44,535 bases of DNA from Candidatus Nomurabacteria bacterium (GCA_043758875.1 JAYVMR010000018.1:1-44535), one strand, 5' to 3'; counted from the first letter of the stretch, positions 16,974-26,312 are shown. Numbers and translations are program-made. The notes: generated from the sequence alone by a model not told the origin.

Positions 16974-18860
16974 TTATAGACGGTCGGGGTTTTCTTCGAT
17001 CAGGTAGGGGAAACGCAGGGAGGTCAGGAATGTGGCCAGAGCGGGACCGTCTTCTTCGATGTAGGTGACGGGGGTTTTGAAAATCCAGGTCAGCAGCACT
17101 TTCATGCTGCCGGGACTGATGCGTCGCGCTGGCATCATGGTCGCTTCCATGTCTTGCAGAGAGGTCTGCACTTTTTCCAGCACGGTGTGGCGATAGCCTT
17201 CGGGCACCGTCAGGCTGATCTTGATGATGCTGCCGTACGGCGGATAGCCGATCTCCTTGCGCACCGCTAATTCGTCGTAAATGATGGCGTTGACCTTGTG
17301 CGTTTCGATCTGGCGAATGAAAGGGAAGTCAGGCTGGCGCGTGAACAGCAGCACGCCATCGATGGCTTTCTCATTGCATTCCATGATCAAGCGCAACGTG
17401 TTCTCCGTCGTATAGAGCGAAGGAGTGGAGAGCAAGCGATCGAAAAAAGGGAAGAGGCAGTAATTGATATTTTTTAAGAATGGTAACACTTTGATAGTGC
17501 CGATGATGACAGCAAATTTCTGCTTCTCGCTGTTGGTCAGCAAAGTCTCGATGGCGACACTGTCGGGCGTGAGGTCATCATCGATGGTGGTGACGACTTC
17601 GCTGCCGACCAATGAGCTGATGGCATCGCGCAAGCTTTCCGTGCCGATGGCGACCGGCGTGATATTCCAACTGCCGCAGTACGAGCAAGTATGTGTGGCC
17701 GGTAATGTCGCGACGCAATGAGTGCAGATGAAGTAGCGTTCTTCAGCACCTTCGGCATTACGTCTATTTTTCAAGACCATCGGCAGGCCACAGACCTCAC
17801 AGGTCACGATCGTGCCGCAATCGCTGCAGCGCGACAAGGGTGCCACCCCTTTGCGACTGGCATATATATAGAGGCGTTTCTTTTTCTTCTCGGCATGACG
17901 AATAATCTCGATTACCTCTGTCGGCAAGATAGTCCGATACGGCTCGACCGGCACGACATGCAGCTTGTCGGGAATGAATGTGCGTGACAGCTGCGTGTGT
18001 TTGGTCCTTTCCAAGGTTTCAAAGCGGGGAATGGTATCACCCCAGTATAGATGCAACTGCGCGGCCTTGGCGAAGGACCAGAGGAATATGCGCAGGTCGG
18101 TCTTGAAACGGTCGCTGGTCTTGTAGAGGTTACTGCTCTCAGCTTCGACGATGATGCTGCCGACATCAGCGCGCGGCAAGACACTGAAACCGGGCGTGGC
18201 AAAAATGATCAATGGCCGGTCGCTCTGTTTGATCAAAGCGAAGGCGCCGCGCAAGTCTTTCTTGGTGGTCTTGCTATGGACGCTGATGACATGTTTGGGA
18301 ATGCCTTTTTGCAATAGCGTTTTCCATTGCTCCAAGTTTTTGATAGTCGGTGCGATAAACAACACCGTTTTCTTTTCGGCAAATGCGGTACGGATCAAGC
18401 GCTTGTAAAAATCGGCGCGCTCTTCGATCGTGCCGACCACGCTTTCTTCTTTGTGAGTCCCTTCGACAAGCTCAGGGTAAAATTTTTCTCCCAAGCTAAC
18501 CACTTTTTCCGGCGAGACATAGTCAAACAAGCTGGCCGGCATGACCGCTCCGGCAATAGCACCGAGGGGACTCAGGGTGCGCGCGGCAGTTTCTTGCAAT
18601 GCTTGCGTCACGGCGCCGAGCAAGGGCACGTGGCCGACTGTGGCAGTGATTTTTTTCAAGGAAAAGGATGCCTGTTTGATGGCAGTCTTGGCTTCGGCCA
18701 GGCTTTTGCACTCCACGACGATGGCATTGATCTTTTGCTTGCCGAAAGGAACGGACACAATTGTTCCCGCTTCAAGAAGTTCCGCGCTGTAGTAGGTCAG
18801 CGTGTCAAAAGGGATGCCTTTGCTGATAGGAATGACGGTTGCAATATACATTACTGCCAC
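16974..18860 (-). CDS. priA: Primosomal protein N' (PriA) homologue with degenerate helicase motifs
   Basis: PriA-like N-terminus (VIPISKG..FTYY..G..V.VPFG) and Cys-rich zinc module CSDCG..CEVCG...CTHC...CSYCG. Walker A, Walker B and motif III positions read IEERA, VEAES and DTI. The start may be the GTG at 18860 or the ATG at 18851. Confidence 0.8.
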   Translation of the reverse strand: MAVMYIATVIPISKGIPFDTLTYYSAELLEAGTIVSVPFGKQKINAIVVECKSLAEAKTAIKQASFSLKKITATVGHVPLLGAVTQALQETAARTLSPLGAIAGAVMPASLFDYVSPEKVVSLGEKFYPELVEGTHKEESVVGTIEERADFYKRLIRTAFAEKKTVLFIAPTIKNLEQWKTLLQKGIPKHVISVHSKTTKKDLRGAFALIKQSDRPLIIFATPGFSVLPRADVGSIIVEAESSNLYKTSDRFKTDLRIFLWSFAKAAQLHLYWGDTIPRFETLERTKHTQLSRTFIPDKLHVVPVEPYRTILPTEVIEIIRHAEKKKKRLYIYASRKGVAPLSRCSDCGTIVTCEVCGLPMVLKNRRNAEGAEERYFICTHCVATLPATHTCSYCGSWNITPVAIGTESLRDAISSLVGSEVVTTIDDDLTPDSVAIETLLTNSEKQKFAVIIGTIKVLPFLKNINYCLFPFFDRLLSTPSLYTTENTLRLIMECNEKAIDGVLLFTRQPDFPFIRQIETHKVNAIIYDELAVRKEIGYPPYGSIIKISLTVPEGYRHTVLEKVQTSLQDMEATMMPARRISPGSMKVLLTWIFKTPVTYIEEDGPALATFLTSLRFPYLIEENPDRL

Positions 18861-18870
18861 TATACTATAG
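18861..18870. promoter_or_regulatory. Overlapping divergent -10 elements (TATACT plus strand / TATAGT minus strand) in the 18-bp priA-mreB spacer
   Basis: tatactatag read on both strands. The mreB ATG is at 18879 and the priA GTG is at 18860. Confidence 0.4.
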
Positions 18871-18878
18871 ACACTCCT

Positions 18879-19898
18879 ATGTGGAAACTTCCCGGCAAAA
18901 AGAAGCTCGGTATCGATCTCGGTACCGCGAATACGCTAGTTTTTATGGCTGGTAACGGCATCGTGCTGAACGAACCGACAGTGGTGGCAGTCAATCGTAC
19001 CACTCGCACTATCGAAGCTATCGGCATTGAAGCCAAAGAGATGATCGGTAAAAATCCCGATACAGTATCAGTGCATCGTCCGATGCAAGACGGCGCCATT
19101 GCCAACTATACAGTGACCTATGCCATGCTGCATCATTTCATCAACAAAGCGCTTGGTCGCGCATCATTGTTCAAGCCCGATGTCTTGGTATCAGTGCCGG
19201 TTGGTATCACTTCGACCGAGCGTCGTGCCGTCATCGAAGCGACCATGAAAGCCGGCGCGCGTACCGCCATCATCGTCAAAGAACCAATCTTGGCGGCGCT
19301 TGGTGCTGGTATTCCCATCAATGAAGCACGCGGTTGCATGATCATCGACAGTGGCGGCGGCACGACCGACGTAGCCGTCATCTCATTGGGTGGTATTATT
19401 GCTTCGACTTCAGTGAAGTGCGCCGGCAATAAATTCGATCAGGCTATCATTGATTATATTCGTCATACCTATAATGTGGCCATCGGTGATCAAACTGCCG
19501 AAGAAATAAAAAAAACATTATGTTCCGCACTACCGGTCAGTCCCGAGGTGCAAGGCGAAGTCAAAGGACGCGACATTGTCACCGGTTTGCCCAAGACATT
19601 GACTATCACTACCAACGAATTGGTCAAAGCCATTCATTATGAATTGGAGATCATCATCAAAGCCATCAAGACCGTATTGGAAAATACTCCGCCGGAATTG
19701 GCATCAGATATCATTGATTACGGCATCGTTATGACCGGCGGCACTTCGGCCTTGGCACACTTCGCTGAATTGATCGAACAGCAAACCGGCGTGAAGGTGC
19801 GATTGGCGGATGACCCATTGTATTGCGTGGTCAAAGGCACAGGGGTGCTACTTGGTCACCTTGATGACTACAAGCGTTCCATTCTGGCCAAGCGATAG
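18879..19898 (+). CDS. mreB: Rod shape-determining protein MreB
   Basis: GIDLGTANTLVF, IIDSGGGTTDVAVISLGG and MTGGTSAL actin-fold motifs. The ORF-track start at 18327 is an antisense extension into priA. Confidence 0.95.
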   Translation: MWKLPGKKKLGIDLGTANTLVFMAGNGIVLNEPTVVAVNRTTRTIEAIGIEAKEMIGKNPDTVSVHRPMQDGAIANYTVTYAMLHHFINKALGRASLFKPDVLVSVPVGITSTERRAVIEATMKAGARTAIIVKEPILAALGAGIPINEARGCMIIDSGGGTTDVAVISLGGIIASTSVKCAGNKFDQAIIDYIRHTYNVAIGDQTAEEIKKTLCSALPVSPEVQGEVKGRDIVTGLPKTLTITTNELVKAIHYELEIIIKAIKTVLENTPPELASDIIDYGIVMTGGTSALAHFAELIEQQTGVKVRLADDPLYCVVKGTGVLLGHLDDYKRSILAKR

Positions 19899-19912
19899 GG
19901 TACAATGCATAC

Positions 19913-20536
19913 ATGACTATTGAAGACATCGCCGCGCTGGCGCCACAAAAGACTTTCTTATTGCAAGGCAATGAATTGTCATTTGACGCATTGCTGGCTA
20001 CTGCCATGGTGCAGCATCCTCTGACGAGCGCATTGTCCGTGCCGCGCTTTACTAATGACCATGCGCGCAGTCTGGTGGAATTCATCAATGAAGGCACCGG
20101 GCAAGCGCGCGTGTATCTTGTTTTCTTTTCCATCTTTTCGCCTGACGCGGCGCAGATACTATTGAAGTCGTTGGAAGAGCCGGATAGGGATACGACCATT
20201 GTATTGATGACGCCGTATCCCTATCTCGTCCCCATCACTATCCGTTCTCGCGTCATGCTCATGCACTTTCACAGCGTGACACAGGAGGTCGGACCTCCTG
20301 GAAAAATGGTGCGCGACGATGTATTGGCGCGCATCAAAGAAGATTTCGCCAGTGACGCCGAAGATGATGCGGCCACGCGTCGCGCCAAAGCAGTCGAATT
20401 GCTCGACCTACTCGAAGCACACGTTCGCGGCACGCCGCAAAAAGCCGATATCGTCTACAAAGCCAAAGGCATGCTCCTCGCCGGCAACCTGCCCACCAAA
20501 TACGTCCTCGAATACGCCGCCAGTATGGTGTTGTAA
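19913..20536 (+). CDS. holB: Short DNA polymerase III delta'-like protein
   Basis: LLKSLEEPDRDTTIVLMT matches the clamp-loader sensor region LLKTLEEPP. Only 207 aa, with no P-loop. Confidence 0.55.
   Translation: MTIEDIAALAPQKTFLLQGNELSFDALLATAMVQHPLTSALSVPRFTNDHARSLVEFINEGTGQARVYLVFFSIFSPDAAQILLKSLEEPDRDTTIVLMTPYPYLVPITIRSRVMLMHFHSVTQEVGPPGKMVRDDVLARIKEDFASDAEDDAATRRAKAVELLDLLEAHVRGTPQKADIVYKAKGMLLAGNLPTKYVLEYAASMVL
20282..20301. repeat. Palindromic element caggaggtc-g-gacctcctgg inside the holB-like CDS; second copy at 30709..30729
   Basis: A 20-nt exact match to the reverse complement of the 30709..30729 copy. Confidence 0.85.
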
Positions 20537-20703
20537 GAAAAATTATTTGAAATTTCTGAAAAAGAATTATGGCAAATTAAAAAAGCGTATTGTAATTTGA
20601 TTTTGTCTTAAAATCATAAAAACCACCTTTCGGCGGCTCTTAAATGGGTTACCCCAACTTATGCTTTTATTGTAGCAAACTAGCATATCCTGTCAAATTG
20701 ATA

Positions 20704-20712
20704 TGCTATAAT
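20704..20712 (+). promoter_or_regulatory. Extended -10 TGCTATAAT, 8 nt upstream of the frr ATG
   Basis: Read directly from the sequence. Confidence 0.55.
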
Positions 20713-20720
20713 GGATTCCT

Positions 20721-21257
20721 ATGTACGACATACAACCTTTCAAACAAGAAATAAAACAGGCGCAGGAATGGCTGGCCAAGGAATATTCGCAGATTCATAC
20801 CGGGCGGGCGGCACCGGCATTACTTGACGGTGTCATGGTCGAGGCGTATGGCGCGACCCAACCATTGAAGAATATCGCTTCCACTACCATTGAAGATCCC
20901 AAGACATTGCGCGTGGTGCCATGGGACAAGGGGCAGATCAAGGATATCGAGCGTGGCTTGTATGCCGCTGACCTCAATTTCTCGATCGCTGTCGATGACA
21001 GCGGCATCCGCGTCATCATTCCGGCATTGACGACCGAAAGCCGCCAGAAGCTGGTCAAGATCGCCAAGGAACGTCTCGAAGACGCGCGTATCACCGTGCG
21101 CAAGGCCCGCGAAAATGCGTTGAGCGATTTCAAGGAACAGAAACTGCCCGAAGACATGATGCGCAATGCCAAGGACGATGTGCAAAGCATCGTTGACGCG
21201 ACCAATAACGATCTCGAAAATCTGTTTAAGAAAAAAGAAACTGAAATTCTCAACTAG
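20721..21257 (+). CDS. frr: Ribosome recycling factor
   Basis: Full-length RRF pattern (..IHTGRA.P.LLD.V.VEAYG....L..IA......R...I.PWD). 178 aa. Confidence 0.9.
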   Translation: MYDIQPFKQEIKQAQEWLAKEYSQIHTGRAAPALLDGVMVEAYGATQPLKNIASTTIEDPKTLRVVPWDKGQIKDIERGLYAADLNFSIAVDDSGIRVIIPALTTESRQKLVKIAKERLEDARITVRKARENALSDFKEQKLPEDMMRNAKDDVQSIVDATNNDLENLFKKKETEILN

Positions 21258-21263
21258 CTCATT

Positions 21264-22319
21264 ATGACCATTATTATTTTTATTATAGTACTGCTGGTTA
21301 CTGTCATCGTGCATGAATGGGGGCATTTTTTTGCCGCGCGCAAAAGCGGTATGACCGTCGAAGAATTCGGCTTCGGCATCCCGCCGCGATTATTCTCCTG
21401 GAAAAGAGGGGAGACGACGTATTCCGTCAATGCATTGCCGATTGGCGGCTTTGTAAAGATCGCCGGCGAGAACGGCATTGAAGGGGATGTCCCGCTGGAA
21501 AAACAATTTGAAACCAAAGCGTGGTATTTGAAAAGCGTGGTGCTGGTGGCGGGAGTGGTCTGCAATGTCTTGCTCGCCATTCTTTTGTTCACTGCCGCGT
21601 ATACCATAGGCATGCCAGTGGCCAGCGATCACGGCACGCCGACGGTAGTTAGTGTGGTCAGCAATTCCGCTTCAGCGAAAAGCGGACTAGTAGTGGGCGA
21701 TACTATTACTAGCGTGACGGCGGGAACGGCCACTCTTACCGGAGGAAATTTGACCACCGAAGCATTACATACGGCAATCATGAAGAGTGATGGCACGGTG
21801 AGCATGACGTACATTCATTTAGGCAGCACGCATACTGCCGTCATTACTCCGACAGGTATGGGTGCCGCGCGCGTCATCGGCGTGGCTATCGAACCGGTGA
21901 CGAATGAGCGACTGCCGCTTTTCTCCGCGTTCAAGGCCGCATTCCATCAAACTATTACGATCGGCGGGCAGATTTTCACCACGTTGGCCAGTCTTATTGC
22001 CGGTATATTCCATCACAATGGCACGGCCAACAGCCTGGTTGGTCCGGTCGGCCTGGCTCAAGAAGTCGGTAGTGCCGCCAGTATCGGCTTCACTTATTTA
22101 TTGGCATTTACAGCTGCCATTTCCGTCAATTTGGCGGTTATAAACATCTTACCTTTTCCTGCTCTTGACGGGGGACGGCTGGTCGTGGTGCTGTTGGAGG
22201 CAATGACAGACCGTAAGTTTTCCCAAAAAACCGTTGGTATTATTCATGCAATGGGATTCTTAGTACTTTTACTTTTGATGATCGTGCTGACAGTAGCAGA
22301 TGTGCGCCGCCTTTTGTAA
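21264..22319 (+). CDS. rseP: RIP metalloprotease RseP (site-2 protease)
   Basis: HEWGHFFAAR (HExxH) in TM1, a central PDZ-like segment and NILPFPALDGG. 351 aa. Confidence 0.9.
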   Translation: MTIIIFIIVLLVTVIVHEWGHFFAARKSGMTVEEFGFGIPPRLFSWKRGETTYSVNALPIGGFVKIAGENGIEGDVPLEKQFETKAWYLKSVVLVAGVVCNVLLAILLFTAAYTIGMPVASDHGTPTVVSVVSNSASAKSGLVVGDTITSVTAGTATLTGGNLTTEALHTAIMKSDGTVSMTYIHLGSTHTAVITPTGMGAARVIGVAIEPVTNERLPLFSAFKAAFHQTITIGGQIFTTLASLIAGIFHHNGTANSLVGPVGLAQEVGSAASIGFTYLLAFTAAISVNLAVINILPFPALDGGRLVVVLLEAMTDRKFSQKTVGIIHAMGFLVLLLLMIVLTVADVRRLL

Positions 22320-22407
22320 TAGCATCACACCACACTTGACAACAGTTTGACTTTTTTTATATCCATGATAAAGTATATTAATATCAATAGTATAAACACA
22401 TAGACAC

Positions 22408-23442
22408 ATGGCAACTATCAGCTTTAAACCTAAACAAGTCACTAAACGGTTGCTTTCCAATCTGCAAGATCGCGCACACGATATCATTGTCAACCGCTAC
22501 GGACTTGAAGATAATGCCGACTCAAAAACATTGGAAGCGATCGGCAAGAAATACAGCATCACTCGCGAGCGCGTTCGACAAATCGAAAACGCCGCGCTTG
22601 TTGCTATCCGCAAAAGTGACACGTTCAAGGCTGAAAATAAAGTGTTTAACGAACTCAAAGGACTTGTCGAAGCAATGGGCGCCATGGTCCACGAAGATGA
22701 TTTCCTTTCCTATGTGTCAAAGGACAAAGCCGTGCAAAACCATATCCGGTTCTACATGGTACTCGGTGATGAATTCAAGAAATTGAAAGAAGACGATCAT
22801 TTTCAAACTCGTTGGACCGTTGACGAGGAACTTTCCGATCTCATTCATGACGCGTTGCATAAAGTCTACAGGAGTCTCGATGACAAGGAATTGCTCAGCG
22901 AAGACGATTTGGTGTCTCGTTTCTTGGACGAAATGAAGGGCGTCGCGGCACAATACAAAAATGAAGAAGTCGCTCGTCGTTGGCTGAACATCTCAAAGAA
23001 GATCGGCGTCAATCCGCTCGGCGAATGGGGTCCGGCTGATTCGCAGAATATCAAGACACGCGGTATTAAGGATTATGCATTTCTGATGATGCGCAAGCAC
23101 GGCTCACCGATGCACTTCCGCGAAGTGGCCAAGGCTATCGTTGACACTTTCGGCCGCAAGACGCATGTCGCTACCACACACAATGAATTGATCAAAGACC
23201 CTCGCTTCGTGCTGGTCGGCCGCGGCTATTACGCATTGTCCGAATGGGGCTACAAGCCCGGCGTCGTGCGCGATGTCATCAAGGAAATCCTGGTCAAGGA
23301 AGGTCCTTTAAACAAGGAAGAAGTTGTCGATCGCGTGCTCAAGGAACGCTTCCTCAAGAAAAATACCATCCTGGTCAATCTGCAGAACGCCAAATATTTT
23401 ACCAAGCTAGAAAACGGTACCTATACCGTTGCTAAGAAATAA
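22408..23442 (+). CDS. Sigma-70 region-4-like HTH plus HARE-HTH domain protein (not a complete sigma factor)
   Basis: The N-terminus RYGL....TLEAIGKKYSITRERVRQIENAAL is sigma region 4.2-like. The C-terminal part (MHFREVAKAI...FVLVGRGYYALSEWGY) resembles the HARE-HTH of the RNAP delta subunit. No region 2 is present. Confidence 0.6.
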   Translation: MATISFKPKQVTKRLLSNLQDRAHDIIVNRYGLEDNADSKTLEAIGKKYSITRERVRQIENAALVAIRKSDTFKAENKVFNELKGLVEAMGAMVHEDDFLSYVSKDKAVQNHIRFYMVLGDEFKKLKEDDHFQTRWTVDEELSDLIHDALHKVYRSLDDKELLSEDDLVSRFLDEMKGVAAQYKNEEVARRWLNISKKIGVNPLGEWGPADSQNIKTRGIKDYAFLMMRKHGSPMHFREVAKAIVDTFGRKTHVATTHNELIKDPRFVLVGRGYYALSEWGYKPGVVRDVIKEILVKEGPLNKEEVVDRVLKERFLKKNTILVNLQNAKYFTKLENGTYTVAKK

Positions 23443-23445
23443 TCT

Positions 23446-24141
23446 ATGGCTGACGCTCCGGCTCCAAGTAGTGGCAGTGGATGGGGTGCATTGGAAGTCA
23501 TTTTGGCATTGGTTTTGGCCATCGGTCTGATCTCGACACTGACTGGCAACCCCATTCCTTCATTAGCAGGTCCGTCTGCCAAAACCCCGATCACAAAGAC
23601 GGCAGTGGCCAAGCCAACCTGCGGCATCATCGTCAGCAGTCCCGCTCATCAGGAAAAAATCGGCACCGAAGTGTTGCTCAGCGGCGTCGTGGCGCAATGT
23701 CTGACCAGTACCGTGCCTGACACATTGACCGCGCATGTTGTCGATAGTACCGGCACATCATTATCTGCGGTCACCACTATTACGGTGAACCACGGCTTCT
23801 TTGGCGATGCGACATTTTCAACATCCATCCCATTGGTGGGAGTCGCGCACTCCATCCAAGCCTATGTCATGGTCAGCGGGCCGACTCATGCCGACGGCAG
23901 CGCCAACACAGTGCGCGTGCCTATTCAGCTTATTCCGGCTGATCCATCAGCTCACTCCGCACCGGCTCCGACCACTTTTAGCACTACTACTTCTTCTACC
24001 ACCAATTATTACGCTACGAATCCTGTGTCGAGCTATGTCGCACCAACATATATTGCGCCGACAGCACCCGCTCCTACCAATTACCCAAGTCAGTCAAATC
24101 CTTCTCCCACACCAAGTGCGGGCGGCGGTACCACTTTTTAA
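23446..24141 (+). CDS. Membrane-anchored protein with Gmad2-like Ig domain and low-complexity S/T/P/Y tail
   Basis: N-terminal TM helix. The middle segment IIVSSPAHQEKIGTEVLLSGVA...FGDATFSTSIPL...VRVPIQL fits the Gmad2 pattern. The C-terminal tail is rich in Pro, Thr and Ser. Confidence 0.5.
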   Translation: MADAPAPSSGSGWGALEVILALVLAIGLISTLTGNPIPSLAGPSAKTPITKTAVAKPTCGIIVSSPAHQEKIGTEVLLSGVVAQCLTSTVPDTLTAHVVDSTGTSLSAVTTITVNHGFFGDATFSTSIPLVGVAHSIQAYVMVSGPTHADGSANTVRVPIQLIPADPSAHSAPAPTTFSTTTSSTTNYYATNPVSSYVAPTYIAPTAPAPTNYPSQSNPSPTPSAGGGTTF

Positions 24142-24149
24142 ATACACAA

Positions 24150-24158
24150 TGGTATACT
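24150..24158 (+). promoter_or_regulatory. Extended -10 TGGTATACT, 6 nt upstream of the ATG at 24165
   Basis: Read directly from the sequence. Confidence 0.5.
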
Positions 24159-24164
24159 AATGCC

Positions 24165-25433
24165 ATGCAAACAACCATTGCGCCGATATTCTGGGAACAA
24201 ATGATCGGACTGATCATCGCACTTCCGCTGCTGGCGTACTTGGCCTGGCATTTGTGGATGTCATATATCCAAACATTGTTCTTACGTTCCATCAAATGGA
24301 CCTTGCTTGAAATAAAACCGCCCAAGGAAGTTTTCAAGTCGCCTTTGGCCATGGAGCTGGTCTTGCATTCGCTCTTCCAAACCGGCGGACACGGCAACTG
24401 GCTGCAAAAATATTGGGGCGGCGCGGTGCGTAACTGGTTCTCGCTGGAAATTGTTTCCATTGAGGGGTCGATTCATTTTTATGTCTACACCAGCGTCAAA
24501 TTCAAAAGCATTATCGAATCGCAGATCTACGCGCAGTATCCGCAAGCCGAAGTGACGGAAGTCGAAGACTATACCAAGTCGATGCCCGACTTTAGCAAAG
24601 ACGGTCCCATCCAGCTCTGGGGCACCAATTTTGCATTCAATAAAGACGAGCCGTTCCCGATCAAGACATATATTGATTACGGGCTTGATCGGGCTGTCGG
24701 CTCATTGGACGAAGAGCAGCGCGTCGATCCTATCACCGCAATGCTGGAATTCATGGGCTCCATCGGCGCCGGCGAGCAGATGTGGTTTCAGATATTGGTG
24801 CGGGCGGCCACCAAACACTTCACGGTAAAAAATAAAGACGGGGTCGAAGAGCAAGGCAAGGAATTTACCGATAAGGTCAAAGAGGTTATAAGAAAATTCA
24901 AATCTGAAGCCATTGAAAAGGATGCCGAAGGAAAACCAATTGGCGATGCCCGCATGACTCGCGGGCAGGGTGCGGTTATTGAGGCCATCGAACGCAATGC
25001 CAGCAAATTGGCATTCGATGCCGGCATGCGTGCCATCTATATCACCAAATCGGACAAGTTTGACGCCAATCGTATTGCCGGGTTGACGGGGATGGTGCGC
25101 CAATACAACAGTAATGACTTCAACGGCTTTAAACCGGACGGTCCTACGGGTTTTGATTTCCCGTGGCAAGACCTGTTAGGCACGAAAATTATCAAACGGA
25201 AGCAGTATATATTAGGAGATTACAAGAGACGGGCGTATTTTTATGGCGGATTTGATTTTAACTACCCTTCAACATTTTTGAAGTATCCGGAAATCTCCGG
25301 TAAAAAACCGTTAGTACTTTCAGCGGAAGAATTGGCCACACTCTTTCACTTGCCTGGTCGCGTGGCTGAGACATCCAGCTTTGTACGCATCGAAGCGACT
25401 AAGGCCCAGCCGCCAGCCAATCTGCCCGTCTGA
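24165..25433 (+). CDS. Conserved-looking hypothetical protein with N-terminal TM helix (422 aa)
   Basis: Long clean ORF in the core region with an N-terminal hydrophobic helix. No catalytic motif recognised. Confidence 0.6.
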   Translation: MQTTIAPIFWEQMIGLIIALPLLAYLAWHLWMSYIQTLFLRSIKWTLLEIKPPKEVFKSPLAMELVLHSLFQTGGHGNWLQKYWGGAVRNWFSLEIVSIEGSIHFYVYTSVKFKSIIESQIYAQYPQAEVTEVEDYTKSMPDFSKDGPIQLWGTNFAFNKDEPFPIKTYIDYGLDRAVGSLDEEQRVDPITAMLEFMGSIGAGEQMWFQILVRAATKHFTVKNKDGVEEQGKEFTDKVKEVIRKFKSEAIEKDAEGKPIGDARMTRGQGAVIEAIERNASKLAFDAGMRAIYITKSDKFDANRIAGLTGMVRQYNSNDFNGFKPDGPTGFDFPWQDLLGTKIIKRKQYILGDYKRRAYFYGGFDFNYPSTFLKYPEISGKKPLVLSAEELATLFHLPGRVAETSSFVRIEATKAQPPANLPV

Positions 25434-25435
25434 TC

Positions 25436-26311
25436 ATGAAGCAATTCTTTCTCCTTATCATCCTGGGCTGTATTTTTTTGGCGGCACTGTATACGACGTA
25501 TGTGGCGGCACCAAGAAATTTCCCGATACGGTACCATGTTACTGTCAGTAATGGCGAAACGTTGGCGACCATCGCCCAGCAGATGAATACCGATGGTGTT
25601 ATTCGTTCACCACGCCTATTTGAGATTTTCATGCATATATTGGGTGGCGACAAAACGATCAACGCAGGGGAGTATTTCTTTGATCAACCGCTTTCGTCAT
25701 TGGCTATCGCGATGCGATTTTCCGGCAAGGATTTCGGCGTTGCAAAAAACAAAGTCACGTTTCCGGAAGGATGGACCACACTCGAGATGGCCAACCATTT
25801 GCATGATATTTTTCCGGATTTCGATACCAAACAATTCCTGTTATTGGCGCACGATAAGCAAGGATATCTTTTTCCCGATACGTACGGATTTTTCCCGACA
25901 CCACTACCTTCCACCGTATTGAATGACATGCAACAGCAGTACGAATTGAAAGTGGGGCCATTGCGACTGGCCATTGCGTCCTCGGGCCATACCGAAACGC
26001 AGGTCATCATCATGGCATCATTGATAGAGAAAGAAGCGCACGGCGATAATGACCGCGCTATTATCGCCGGCATCTTGTGGAACCGCATCAAAAACGGTAT
26101 GCCACTGCAAGTCGACGCGGCGCCGGGCACGTACAGCAGCAGAGGATTACCTTCATCGCCGATCTGCAATCCCGGACTGGCCGCTATCAATGCTGCCATC
26201 GCCCCGACCGACTCATCATATGTCTACTATTTACATGATGCATCCGGTGCCATACACTATGCATCTACCTACGCGCAGCATCAACAAAACATTAAAAAGT
26301 ACCTGCAATAA
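25436..26311 (+). CDS. mltG: Endolytic murein transglycosylase MltG (YceG-like)
   Basis: N-terminal TM helix, LASLIEKEA with the catalytic Glu context, and a C-terminal YYLHDASGAIHYASTYAQH typical of the YceG family. Confidence 0.85.
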   Translation: MKQFFLLIILGCIFLAALYTTYVAAPRNFPIRYHVTVSNGETLATIAQQMNTDGVIRSPRLFEIFMHILGGDKTINAGEYFFDQPLSSLAIAMRFSGKDFGVAKNKVTFPEGWTTLEMANHLHDIFPDFDTKQFLLLAHDKQGYLFPDTYGFFPTPLPSTVLNDMQQQYELKVGPLRLAIASSGHTETQVIIMASLIEKEAHGDNDRAIIAGILWNRIKNGMPLQVDAAPGTYSSRGLPSSPICNPGLAAINAAIAPTDSSYVYYLHDASGAIHYASTYAQHQQNIKKYLQ

Positions 26312-26312
26312 C

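Noticed and set aside
18327-18878. N-terminal 184-aa extension of the mreB ORF in the ORF track
   Set aside because: It is antisense to priA and has a non-protein-like translation. The MreB homology begins at the ATG at 18879.
26049-26312. N-terminal extension of the exonuclease ORF overlapping mltG
   Set aside because: It is an out-of-frame overlap with a well-supported mltG. The exonuclease Exo I motif begins right after the ATG at 26313.
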